A stretch of DNA of 63,490 nt, taken from the NCBI GenBank assembly GCA_910592345.1, contig CAJVPI010000060.1, positions 1 through 63,490 of the forward strand. Direction: 5' to 3'. The number at the start of each line of letters is the position of its first letter. The first letter of the stretch is position 1. The notes under the pieces are model-generated. The model did no database searches. It saw nothing but the letters and a program-made list of their open reading frames with translations, and was not told the origin of the DNA. Positions 11,073-23,880 of this stretch are shown here, one piece after another. Source of the stretch: Paraglomus brasilianum (lineage: Eukaryota). The position numbers and the translations under genes were made by a program.

Positions 11073-14000
11073 TTTCAATTGCTATGCTTGTGTAAAAAGA
11101 GTTAATCGTAGGTAGGAAGACCAAGTGATGGGTGGGATGGAATGAAAGTCTCGAGCGGTGTTATATATATGTAATAAAAGGAAACAAAGTTGATGACAAA
11201 ATTCGGAGATCAAAAATCATTCTGTGTAATGTGTGTTAATTATAGGTCTTTATTTATATTTTCCCAAAAATAATATTAGGCATTGATCGACATTGAGTAT
11301 TTCATAGCATAACAATGTTGTAGTCTCTCGTCTACCCAAGCTGCCGGCTGCTTCCGAATCTTCGCACAGATGATTGGTTCATTTACTAAGGTAATGCGAA
11401 TGTTAGTGCAAGTGATCTATACAACTGTCTGTACAATAAACTCAGTTTCCATTTTCCATGATCGGGCGTATCTTAGTATTACATTTCTGTAGTTCTCGTT
11501 TGTCAAGGGGAATATTTTAAAAAAGATTTCCACGGTAAGATTTGGGAGAATCAGGTTTCCCATTGATTGTCCCTTTGTTACAGGAGTGTGACCCTTGTGT
11601 TACATTCTCGCCAGTTAAAATTTTAATCTTGGATATTGCCGATACTTTTCTCGTACTCTTGTATTACAGCGAGCAGACAATCACAAGATGATATAAAAAC
11701 TTTAAACTACAATGACATCTGATTCTCTGACAATCAATTATGCGATACTACTGTAGATACAGTAACAATTGTAACAATGCAATGCGATGTAAATGATCAA
11801 TTTGTATAGTAGCATACAGATTTGTATATATCCCACCTTGGATATTGTAACCAACTACGATTTCTCAGTTGTATATATTGTTGTATATATTGTTGTATAT
11901 ATTTATATATCCCCTATTACTATCCCCAACATTCCGTTGCGCTTTCGTCATACATAAAGGTCATGCCATTTCTATGTATAGTCGAGTACCACTTAGATTT
12001 GACCGCATTTATGTATTATTTCCTTAAATGCTCGTTTGTCATCAGAACTTCGCTCGTTTGTAATCTAGGATTTGGCTTGTTGTTTCACACCCTGTGGCTG
12101 ACTTTGTGACTACGTAACACTACACAACAATATTAACATCATTGTTTTAATTTAGCTTTAAAAATCGAATCGCCCATTTTTAGAAAAGTCCGAGGGTCAG
12201 ACCTGCGTTACTCAATTTATAAATATCCCGCCTTTAGATATCCCAAGTGGGAGTATATAACGCTGCGGATATTTGTCACATAGACAACTACGGAATTTCT
12301 GTCAGGTTATGAAACAGATGTGGTATTCTATTGAAAAACACATATCAAATATTCGGAACCCATTGATCTATTATTTTTAGTTTATTGCCCCGCCCAAAAT
12401 TCTCGTTTGGGAAATCAAATGTACACGGGAGTACAGAGATTTTAACTGGCGGAAGATGTAATACAGAAGTCACGCTCCTGCAACGAAACCTGAAGTTTGT
12501 TTCATTTCATGTGGGACCCCAAATATGTAATGAAAATTTTTTACAATGAAGTATGCAAAGTGTGTTTGAATATCTGATAATTTGATAAGCTGAAGTGACA
12601 CTGAATAGACGGTCTGGTAGTACACGGGACACAAGTAACGCATCAAACAAAAATCGACACACCCAACATATAATCAATTCTATAACTATCGCTCGAGATC
12701 AGTCGTTTTTGAGTGCGAGACACAAACGACTGATATACAAGGCTCTCAAATTTTCCTAACCAATCATTTAATAATCAGATGGTATGGTGTGATTTCCATA
12801 TAAATTCTTGTCACTCCAATGATGCATGAAGGCGCATATGACTAAAAATAATTGGATTATTTCCTTGATAGAGACTTGCAGGGTACATTCCTTATCAAAG
12901 CTTACCTTTATCATTTTCCCTGTTATTATTACGAATGACATATGTAGAATTCCTGATAAGACATAGATCAAACCACAATGAAATATTTAATACTAAAATG
13001 ACGATATGTGTGTGCTAAGCCTGCATCGAAAATAGATGTGTTATGATGAGTGTTACAAACAGCCTGTGATTACAATCTGTACGGAATACTTGACACACAG
13101 AAGTTGTAACCGTTTCTTTATGATCCTCACAGTCTCGATCGTACTATCCTTCTCAAAGATATCGGAATTGCTATAATAAAGATAACTACAAAGAGGCATT
13201 ATAACAAGTTGATGTCAGATTTGCCACTTGGTGGAAGCTAACCGCAAATAGTCTATACAATTTTCATTGTAGATCAAATTACGTTTCCTGGTAATAATGC
13301 TGTGATTTAATCTTGGTAAACATTATTTATCTATTTGTCAACGTATTAAAATATTGCTCTCTTTACGCTAGGTGTTGTCCGTAAAATGCGTATAGTATTC
13401 TCCATAGCATATAACTTATCTGCATAAATGCCTCGCCTCATGCTCTAGGCTGCTATAACACACCAATACAATTGTTTCTGCAGCCATACTAGATAATATT
13501 TACCAAATCTGGGGTTTGTTTATTGACACGATCTTCGTGAAACATGAATCGAGAATCACTAAAGGGAGTTTTATTTATATACCGTGTGACAAAAATAATG
13601 GCGTTGACAAAGACTCTCATATCTCAACAACCACAAAAATAATAAGGAAAGTTTGTCCCTTTTAAACTTTGTTACTAACCAAATAAACTCACTATGAAAT
13701 TCCATTCCCATTCTTTGTATTACAAATTTATTTATTTTTATTTATGGGTGTGTTTGTGATTGTACTAAATTTAGTGCTGCAATAACTTAGTTGAATATCT
13801 AATAATAACGTCAACGAGACGGTACCGCAGCGTTATACATACGTTAGTCGTAACTTTACCGTCATACTACCGCCACAATCTGCATGAAAAAAAAAACAAA
13901 ACTAAATATCGTAACGGGCCCGTTGTTATTTTCATTACTATACTACAATATTGTAGTGATATGAATTGCTACTTACTGCGTCAACTGTGTGCTGACGAAG

Positions 14001-14637
14001 AGTCATGTTAAGTTAATGTGCCGAAAATACGCAAACTAATTACTTTTTACGTTTTATTTATTGCAATCGTTTATTGTATAATTTATTTAACATTGTTCCA
14101 TATCAATGTGCAAATTCCCACCTATTCGTTGGAGTTTCTCAAAGGACATGATGTAATAATCTTTTCGCTAATGTTTCCACAGGTGTTTTATTACTATCCA
14201 GGAAACCCTAGTTACAAAGTGTCTGACATATCCGTTTATTTTACTGTATAATTTGAACAAAACATTCATAGTATAAATATGTAGCTGTGTCATAATCTGA
14301 ATCCGAAAAGAAAGACTAATTACCATACCCATATCCGAATATGTATCATACTCGCACTCTCAAAAGAGATATAACCCGCTTTAGATTCAGAACCAAATTA
14401 ATAAATGTTGCTCTATTCGAATTGGTTAAATCAAATTATCCATTATTAGAGATAAAGCTTCATAACTTTGAAAGAAGAAAGTTGTCTTCGCAAACAAATA
14501 AAATACACAGTGAGGGACATTCTTCGTTCTATTTTGGCCATTCATTAAATCTGGTTTTGTTCTAGTGTGATAGTATCCAACGAAGATAGCCTAAAAGATT
14601 TTAATGTAGATTAAAAACCGCTCAAGACTCTTGTACG

Positions 14638-14723
14638 TGTTGTACCCCAGTTTGGGCCTGTCTCAGTCTGGACCGAGACAACTGAGTTCTGAACTGAGAC
14701 AGGTCCCAAACTCAGACACAACA
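14638..14723. mobile_element. 86-bp TIR element with TGTTG...CAACA termini
   Basis: TGTTGTACCCCAGTTTGGGCCTGTCTCAGT / ACTGAGACAGGTCCCAAACTCAGACACAACA, flanked by TACG/TACA; related right ends at 28171-28239 and 63121-63159. Confidence 0.75.
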
Positions 14724-14729
14724 TACATA

Positions 14730-15230
14730 TTGCAAGAAAATATTATATTCTGGATCCATTAGTAAAATCTTTGGGCAACCTTTTCCATGAAGCTTCGTCT
14801 ATATCCTTACGTGATGGTCATCTGTATAACTGATGGTTAATTTAGTAGTAAACTCTGGATTATGCTGTAACCTTGAAGGTTTGCGTTCCTGGATACAAAC
14901 GACGATCTATACACTTGTGACCTGATAATTTAGTACACCAGAACGCGTGAAGGCTCTATCTTCCAGAAAGACCGGTTTCATCACCATTTCAAGATTATAG
15001 GTGCTAAGGAGTTCAGCAAAGAAATTTGCCCATTTCTATTCGTTCAAAAGATGGTTGCATCTTCGTCTTGCTTTCTTAATCAACAAAGTCAATGGCGATG
15101 TTTAAAGCCTGTCAACCACCCTTCCGACGAATGAAAATTATTATTGACAACTTTGCTGCAAAATAGTTTGCTTCCTCCTTTAAAATATTGCCGGTAATAT
15201 CTTGTTGGAATTAAGCGAGCTTGTTCACAT
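14730..15230 (-). mobile_element. pogo/Tigger transposase remnant
   Basis: The minus strand reads GWLTGFKHRH (CENP-B-type HTH) followed by DETGL; heavily decayed. Confidence 0.65.
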
Positions 15231-15443
15231 ATATATATTTATATAGTATCACATATAATTTCTTTTTCAAAATTAATATATACAGCACACCTATAATCAT
15301 GTGTATGATGTTTCATCTCCATTAGCCTTGTTCAACACCCTTATCCCATGCATTTTCGGTTATACATATGCAGTATATAATACGCACCCGCAATGCGTCT
15401 ATTCTGTGTGCATCCCATCACTTGGTTAGTGTAGCCGAGAATA

Positions 15444-15670
15444 ATGGTTTATTTAGTTGTCGCAGTCGCATTTTTTATTCTTCAGAGTCGACTGAAAGTT
15501 GTGTTGTTCTTGCTGTACTTCTCAGCATTGTTAGCAATCTCATCCCGGAAGACAACCAGAAAATTAAAAAGACAGATGTGGATTGGCACTGCTACACCTT
15601 TCGTTGCCATTTTTTATACAGTAGCGTCTAATCTCTGGGAAAATAGTGAATCAATATGGGGTAACTACTC
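15444..15670 (+). pseudogene. Truncated, frameshifted FTR1 5' fragment (copy C)
   Basis: MVYL..AFFIL / ESCVVLAVLLSIVSNLIPEDN / RQMWIGTA / FVAIFYTVASNLWENSESIW followed by GGTAAC, as in copies A and B. It has internal deletions and no downstream exons; its upstream DNA resembles the copy B promoter. Confidence 0.9.
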
Positions 15671-18600
15671 TAAACGTCATCGGCGATCTGTTTTATGGAC
15701 TTATGATTTTAAAAACATAGGAGCAATTTTTTCTCCTTGAGCTTTCTTTAAAATACTTTGAATAGTACTGTAATTCATGGTAGATTTAATATAAATCAGT
15801 TTTATTATATTTTTGTATAGACATAATCTTATATTAATCATGTATAATTCTTAGATAGTAATAGAAGTTTGATACATAAATTTGTGTACAAGTTATTGCT
15901 GTGATAATCAAAATGCTATCAGTCAAATTAGTCAACTTTCAGCCACATCAACCTCTCATTTATGTCACATAATAAAATGTTTACTTTGTCTGGTTTTATT
16001 GCAAAGCATGCCCCATATGTATAATTTGATAGTCTCATGCACCAATAAACTGCGTTTGATTCATGTGATATCATTGAAACAATTTCGAAATGGGCCCAGA
16101 CAAATAAATATTAGTCATATGATCGACGGTTTGACTATTTAAGTCTCTCGACTGGGCGAATGCGATCTAGAACTCAGTTTACAAAATCTTTTACCATGAT
16201 CGGGCGTATATGCTTGGTTTTTATTATAACAATTACATTACTATAGTTTCTTGTTTATCAAGGGGGAGATTCCAAATAGCATTTTCCACAACATTTCTTA
16301 TTGTTATCTGATAGAATCTGATAAAGCTTTGGGAACATGGACGTGAGAACCGAGTTTTGGAACTAAACCATAGATTGACCCCATGTTCGACGTAAATGAA
16401 AAGCGTGTTTGAATATCTGATAATCTGATAATTAAAGTGACACTGCATATATAGCTTAGTAGTACACATATAGTTGTAGTACACGGAGATGGTATAAGGG
16501 GTTTATACACACCCAACATATAATCGATTCGACATTATCGGTCTGGCTTTGGTGTGGAGTCTAAGTGTTATTACTATGACTGTCACAAATTATTGATGTA
16601 GCTCGAGAGGTTCTAGTTCTCAAATTTTTCTAACCAACCATTTGATAATCAGATCTGAGTGGGACATGAACTAGTTAATCTTTGTACCATATAAATTCTA
16701 GTCACTTAAATGATGCATGAAGGCGCATTATCAGATTAGAAATAATTGGATAACGTTCATTGATAGAGGTTATGTAATTATGACATATGACAATTCCCTA
16801 ATGAGAATGTATCAAAGTTTGACAAAAACAAATAAGCAAGTTATCTGATTCTTTTGTCCCTACTTACAATAATGAAATATGATGCGTGTTATCATTGCCC
16901 CGATACGTCAGAAAATATTAGAATAATGCAGTCACTCGTCAAAAATAGACCATAACTTCTCAGTCTCGATGGTACTATTCCTCCCAAAGCGTTAGTATGT
17001 CTGTACCCTCTTGCTAATGGTGCTTAACGTATGTTTTGAAGATAAAAAGCTGTAGATATCGGAATTGCTATAATGCATTAGTGTTGTATTTAGCATACAA
17101 TAACTTGTTCAAACTTTACTGTGTAATGCCTTGCCTGCTCTAGACCGTCATAATACATTACTACAATTGTTTCCTTACAACGCGTAAGTTGGCACTTATA
17201 AATTATCGAAATCTGGATTTGTGTTGCTATGCAAGCTTAAAGGGAATTATTTATATATTTAGTTGGAGAAAATTTATTCTATATAATATTGACTTCAACT
17301 CTTAAATAGCACTGTTAAACTTTCCTATAGTTTATCGGGACGTGTTGATTGTTAAGAGGTATACAGTATGACTACACATTATTAAGTTATGGAAATTAGA
17401 ACAGCTTGACAAACTACATGGTAGAAGCCGCTAAGTTACCTAAATATAACTTATTTCGAAGGCTGTCCTCGCAATATACAATATCCGAGAAACACCAGGA
17501 ACTGAAATATTTAAATTATGCTGCTTATGATTCACTGTTTCAATTGGTTTACAATAAAGTATAATAACTACCTAAACGCAAAATTATCTTTGTTGCAATA
17601 TGCATGTTCCGAATTTAAGGATAAATACTAGGATTATCAATAAAAACAATCTGTAAAATAAACCTAAACTCGTGGTTAACTAAATGATTATATTTAAATA
17701 CTTGAGATTGTTGCACTTACTATTAAGATATCTTTATTTTTAAATTGTACTTTAACAATGCTATAAAGGAACCTACAGACAACAAGGTTTTGGGAGAGAT
17801 ATTGCGATTGAGACTGTGAATGTTACAGTTGGTAATAATGGAATCAATTGTAATTTTCTATGCAGGTTTTATAGTACTTATTCTGAAATTCTCACCGAGG
17901 TTGGTTTGTTATGTTTGTCAAAATTAAATGAATCAAAATGCATTATAAACATTGTTATTTTACACATGACGTAGTTTCAGTGTTGCTCATCACAATTTCC
18001 CATTTGCGAATAATTGGTATGTTTATCGCGCATATTAACACAACCTTTCAAACTCGTTAGCGGGTATTCGTCGTGACGGTATTATTAGTTGAGTTTTTTT
18101 TTTGTAGTTATTCTCCGTCGTAATTAAACAATGGTAATACGCACCACTGTTCTCACTCTTGTAAGAGAAACCAATTGGAATTAGCTAGTAAATAAACCAA
18201 TACTAATAGGGTAGCTACCATTAATAGTCCAATGGAAGAATGAAGAGTAAGTACCATTAATATTAAGGGGGATAAAAAATAAAACAAACCTACCAATGAA
18301 AAAGTTAGGATCGATAGGACAAATATTTCCGCTGCATTTTAATACAAACAATTGGTGTAAAAATCAGATAAGTTGCTTATTATATATATATATGCCATTC
18401 CCCTTGGTTATAGTCAATAATTCCGAACTTTTCCCGACACGTTTATCGTTATACACTAGTCAAAATTAGTCCATTTGTGATTTGAATATACCGTACGACC
18501 ATAAAAGTGTCATTCTTGACTATAATAACCTCTGATGCACGCTCTGACTAAGGAATTTGTGCGTATGTCATATTATTTATTGGGAACGATAAGAAATGTT

Positions 18601-19776
18601 AATGTACTCTGCAAGTCTAAGTAATCGGTACGTTAATGGAATTTATTTTTAATCTGATAACGCAGTCTTCATGCATCATTAGGTAACAGCTGGCAAAGAT
18701 CAACAAAACAAGTGTTCAATGTAATACTTCTGATTAACTAGACATAGTAATAGCCTCGTGTGTCATCCGGATCTGATTTCACTAATAATTGACTCTCTGT
18801 CAGCCATATTGAATAATGCTCAGACTGCTTTATGTCTCGCACTCAAAGATCTTGAGCGATAGTGAATGATAATGTCAGATCGATTATATATTGGTGTATG
18901 AGTATCGGTATTAGTATGATAATAAAAATTCTTCTACTTGCCGATCATCGCCGTGTACAACCTATGCGGTGTCACTTCAAATTATCAGATTATCAGATAT
19001 TTCGCTTTCACATATTGCATTGTAAAATTTTTTCTCCAACACTGAATCGTTGTGATCTTTCCATTTATAAAAAAGTTTTTCGTTCACGTCGAATAGTGGA
19101 TCCCATATGCCTATACCGGACAATCTGTGGTTTAGTTCGACTGACGATCAACAGTCTATAAGTAAGTCTGCACATATTAAGCGTATTAAGTTTGGTATAA
19201 AGTAACAATATGTTCGATTGGCTCTAACTCGGTTCTCACGTCCATGTTACAAATTCTTTATCAGATTCGACAATAGCAAATAAACGTTTATTGTACAATA
19301 TACTGTTTAGAATCTCCCCTTGAATTGAACATATACGGGATGGCGTTTTTAATGTATTGTAATAACATGCTACTCGTATTTTGTAATTGAGTTTTAAAGA
19401 TCAGAATTGGTTTAAACTGTTGCCACTGACATTCGCCAAGTCGGATATCGCTTTTAGTAAATGACACCACTGGCCACCAATATGATGGAAAGAAAATTGG
19501 ACTGCAAAACTTATGTGGTAAATAAACCAACCATCGATCACATATTTATTTACAGTATCACGTATAAATTTCTTTTCTGACAGCTATTCTTATCACTCGT
19601 ATGATGTTTCATCTCCGATTTTTGCCGTTAAACTTTGTTCTACTTGTTCAACACCTTTACCTAATGCATTTTCGTTTATATATAACACGCACTCGAAATG
19701 CGTTTATCCCATGCGCATCCTCCCACTTGGTCTTCCTATCGAATATACCATTGACATACAAGTGTTGCTAAAAATA

Positions 19777-21034
19777 ATGGTTTACTTATTTGACGTCCCC
19801 GCATTTTTTATTCTCTTCAGAGAGACAATTGAATGTAGTGTTATTCTTGCTGTACTTCTCAGTTTTATTAACAAACTCGTCCCAGAGGACAACCATGAAC
19901 TGAAAAGAAAATTAAAGAGACAGATATGGGTTGGCACTGCCGCTGGACTTGCTCTCACGATATTTCTCGGTGCTATCTTTGTTACTATTTTCTACACAAT
20001 AGCATCTAATCTCTGGGAATCTAGTGAAGCAATATGGGGTAACTATTTAAACGTTATCGTTTCGATAGTCAAAGTATACACGTCACAATTCCTAACTTTA
20101 ATTATTTGCAGAGGGTGTTTTCTCATTGCTGGCTGCTATTGTAACGTTAATAATGTCATTCGGTATGATAAGAGTCAAGCAGTGGAAGACCAAGTGGGAA
20201 GGAAAGCTGAAGGATGCAACCGAACGGTATCTTGACAAGCATAAGAAGGGAGAAAAATGGGCTTTGATCGTTCTCCCATTCAGTGTTGTCGCTAGAGAAG
20301 GACTCGAATCCTTTGTATTTATTGCTGGGGTAAGTTCAATCAATGCTACATGAAACACATACAGTGAGATCTCTTTATACCGCCCACTGTATATACCAGT
20401 TTTTGCGATGACGGCCCAAATTTTCAGGAACAGTTCTTAATTATGATTATATGCGTACTATTCTATACACCGGTTTCTATCCGGCCAAGAGGTTTCACTG
20501 TATTATTGGTAAGAACGCGTCACGTACGAGTTTGCAGCTAATTGCACACTGCATAATATATTATTTTATCTCTAGATTGGCTTTAATAAACCAGCATCTG
20601 GTCTTCCTATCCCCGTTGTTACTGGGATTCTTGCTGGCATTGCTGTTGGCTATTTTATTTACAAGGGATCAAACGTTATGTCGCTTAATATTTTCTTCGG
20701 CGCGATGACTGTACTTTTATTTCTTATCTCCAGTGGCTTGTTCACAACAGCCGTAGACGAATTACACGAAGCAACAGGAAGACCCGAAACTGTCTTGTGG
20801 GAAGTCGAGTGTTGTGACCAGGAAACGAATGATGGTTGGAGAATTGCCAATGCTCTGCTTGGCTGGAGAAACGAAGCCACATTGCATACAACTCTTGCGT
20901 ATATTGCATGGTGGGTAGTTATTGGTATTGGTCTGGCAGTTGTTTATTACAAAGGCAAGAAGGAGCGTGCTGAAGCTTTAGCCGACGACCTTGAGAATGA
21001 GATGAAGTTAGAAGCCCATGATACTATAGTATGA
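19777..21034 (+). CDS. FTR1: High-affinity iron permease FTR1 family, copy B (312 aa)
   Basis: Exons 19777-20038, 20112-20329, 20576-21034 splice in frame, with RETIE and REGLE motifs. Confidence 0.95.
20360..20502. mobile_element. MITE inside the last intron of FTR1 copy B
   Basis: TACAGTGAGATCTCT / AGAGGTTTCACTGTA TIRs; absent from the equivalent 92-nt intron of copy A. Confidence 0.85.
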
Positions 21035-21480
21035 AACATATGCAAAATTAGCCTTTGTTAATAAGCTTTAAGTGTCTTTATGAGCATCATTTTATATGCA
21101 AACCAAATAAACTATGTTATATGAACCAGTGACTAACATACTAGTACTAGTAACCAATGATATCGAATAATTTACTTTCAGAACGAAAGCTCTGCGATAA
21201 ATCTGCGGTTATATTCTTTAACTAAAGTCGTGATTACACATATACTTGGAGGCTAGCCTAACGAAGCACACGTCAAGACTCGTTATAATAAAATAACTAT
21301 GTAGCATTGGCTTTGTAAACATATGCGCAACGCGTTGCTATAGAAGACTGGCTATTGAGTTTTCGAGGTCTTTATTTAGGCGCACATAAGACTGGCTATT
21401 GATTATTGTCGCGGTGATAACCCGCACATTTTTATTAAAAATTAGCCAACGAAATCAGTATTTCTCGTGAAAAAATTTCC

Positions 21481-21918
21481 TACATTTTGTATAATGAGCT
21501 GAGCCTCCAGAAAAAAGGGAGAACAACTGTTCGTGACGTCATCTTCATTACGACATTGCCGCACCACATAAGGCAACGATCATAACGGAGTATCTTCATA
21601 ACGAACAAGTAAAACTTTCCCCCCACTTACCATACAGTCCAGACTGTGTTCCTTGTGATTTTTCTTATTCCCTCGGATCAAAAAAGAACTGAAGGGAAAA
21701 GGATTTGATAAGGTCGAAAATTTGGCAATGGCTGCTCAGACAGTTGCTGAAACCATCCCAAAAGCCGATTATGAAAAGTCTTTACAGAGTTTGCAGAATC
21801 GTCTGCAACGTTGCATGGATGTTAATGGAGAGTACTTTGAGGGAATGAAATAGTTGTATCAATAATTACTATGAAATTTCTGGAAATAAGGGTACACGCG
21901 CAAAACTTTTCAACGTAC
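21481..21918 (+). mobile_element. mariner (DD34D) transposase 3' remnant
   Basis: LHYDIAAPHKA...PHLPYSPDCVPCD has 34 residues between the two Asp (21552 and 21657). After a -1 frameshift it reads FLFPRIKKELKG...RLQRCMDVNGEYFE. Confidence 0.9.
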
Positions 21919-23774
21919 TTATTAGCTACAGTACTTTTGTTAGTTTCATAGACATAAATTCTCTGATTAATGTTAGAATGATATTCAGATATGTGCATAT
22001 AGAATTATCGGTATGTCTATTTTAGATGTAAATAAATTACGCGTCCAAAGTATTTATAAATATATTGATTTCTATGTAGATACAGCGTATTTTATATTCG
22101 AGTGTAACAGCTAACAGTCTAATTCTATATCTCTCAGAGCATCAGGGGCTATAGTTATTTGATGGTATAGTAAACAACGATTATAGTTATTTATTATCGC
22201 CGGTCTAAGCGTACTGTTAAGACTACTCGCATTAACACATTTGAGTAGGTTATTTGTCTCTCTACATAACATAACATAACACGACACGAGTTTTGAAGAC
22301 CGAATTGGGCGGTTTAGGATTATACGCTGGTGAGAGATGAGCAATTAATAAATGCCCTTAGGGCGTTGAGTATAAATTGTTAAGCAAATTAATATTATTT
22401 TATTATGGCGTTTACTATTTTCTGATTGAATAAAACGGGTTTTAATTACATTAAATAACTACAAATGAAAGGTGAATGTTGTGCTCTAACTAAACTTTGT
22501 TCTTATGTGTCAAAAAATTTTATCCAGCACATGTTGAAATTATACTCAATGGCAAAGAGTGCAGGCTTTTTCCTGCCGCAAAAGAGCGCTTGCTCTTAAC
22601 AAAGAAATTTTACTGTGCAAGGAAAGTTTAGAGCTTGCATGTATCTAATTATGCTAATAAACGATTTCCAACTTTCGAGAACATCAGTTTTGCTATATAA
22701 TCAGCAACTAACGACGTATTGTGCTAGTAGAGGCGGTGTTCTGTATTACGATGATGCAGATTTTGTAAACATAATATCACGTGATGGACTAAGTGGCTTT
22801 GCTATGTATAGTCATACCGTACTAACACTAATTAAGTAATAATTAAAGTCTGTAATTGATAAAGCATTGTGTAGATTCATGCAGACTAGTTGCATATAGT
22901 TAGGCAAATGATATGCGAGTGTCATGCGGTTTGTAGCAGGACTTGAGTTAGAGACAAAGAAGAGGCTATGCAGACCCTGGGAACCCAGCAAGAGCATGAA
23001 CGGGTGAGAATAACGAGTTTGCATGGAGAAAGGGTTAGGGTTAGTTGAAATTAGTAATTAGTAAGTATTAAGTATCAGTAACTGGATTTTACACTTAAAA
23101 GACGGCTCAATATCAAGTAGTTAGCACTTGTCACTTTCACTATACGTTCAGTAAAGATTACGAATAAATGCATTGTCGATTTTGGAGACACATGAGTAAG
23201 ACCGATTACTCACGTACAAACAGTAGCAATGAAAATGTTGCATAATCGTAGTAACAACATCGGTAATACAGCTTTATGTGTATCGTCTCCGCTCATTAGA
23301 TACCATTCTAATGATTAATGCATACTTAAAAGACCGACGCATGGGGTAAATCTATGCAGTTAAATTGATATCATCTTGCCAATCATAAGTAAACAACATC
23401 TATCAATAGTATTATCACAAGTATCTATCTTTATCTCCATTATCTTTTTCACTCGGAATTATTGCTTTCTCTGCTTGATTCTTCTGCAATGCAGTGTATG
23501 TCTCTCTGCATACAGACCGAGTCACGCTTACATTTACAATATCAATATTCCCCTCTCCTCCCCACAGTGTGCGATAACGACAATAAACAGAAAATGCTTT
23601 AATAGAAATATAATTACATACACATCATATTTAATATTTCTATATTTGTTGTTCACAATATCTGCCACTTGTTCAGTTAAATTCGTTAATTTGTTCGTCC
23701 TTTCTACTTTAATGGTAACGGTTCATTGAGGTCACCTGTCAAGTTTGTGCACAATCGGTAATGCGGGGGTAGGA

Positions 23775-23880
23775 CTGTCCATAACATTGTAGAATGTGAG
23801 AGGCTCGAGGGACAAGGTGCAAAAAGTTGCCCATACGTAGATCGAGAATGACGTCCCCATACTCGATACACAATGGTCGA
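23775..23880 (+). mobile_element. Possible non-LTR retrotransposon AP-endonuclease N-terminal remnant
   Basis: LSITL*NVRGSRDKVQKV..IENDVPIL resembles the EEP start motif (twNvrG...dil.lQE); short and contains stops. Confidence 0.3.

Larger units (their letters stand above)
12572..19266. promoter_or_regulatory. Cluster of ATCWGATAA (SreA/Fep1/Urbs1-type GATA) sites between the divergent FTR1 genes
   Basis: Exact matches at 12572(+), 16304(-), 16316(+), 16415(+), 16423(+), 16728(-), 16841(-), 18363(+), 18652(+), 18982(-), 18990(-) and 19258(-). Confidence 0.65.

Noticed and set aside
23028..23045. AGGGTTAGGGTTAG as a telomeric repeat
   Set aside because: Only about two units; expected by chance.
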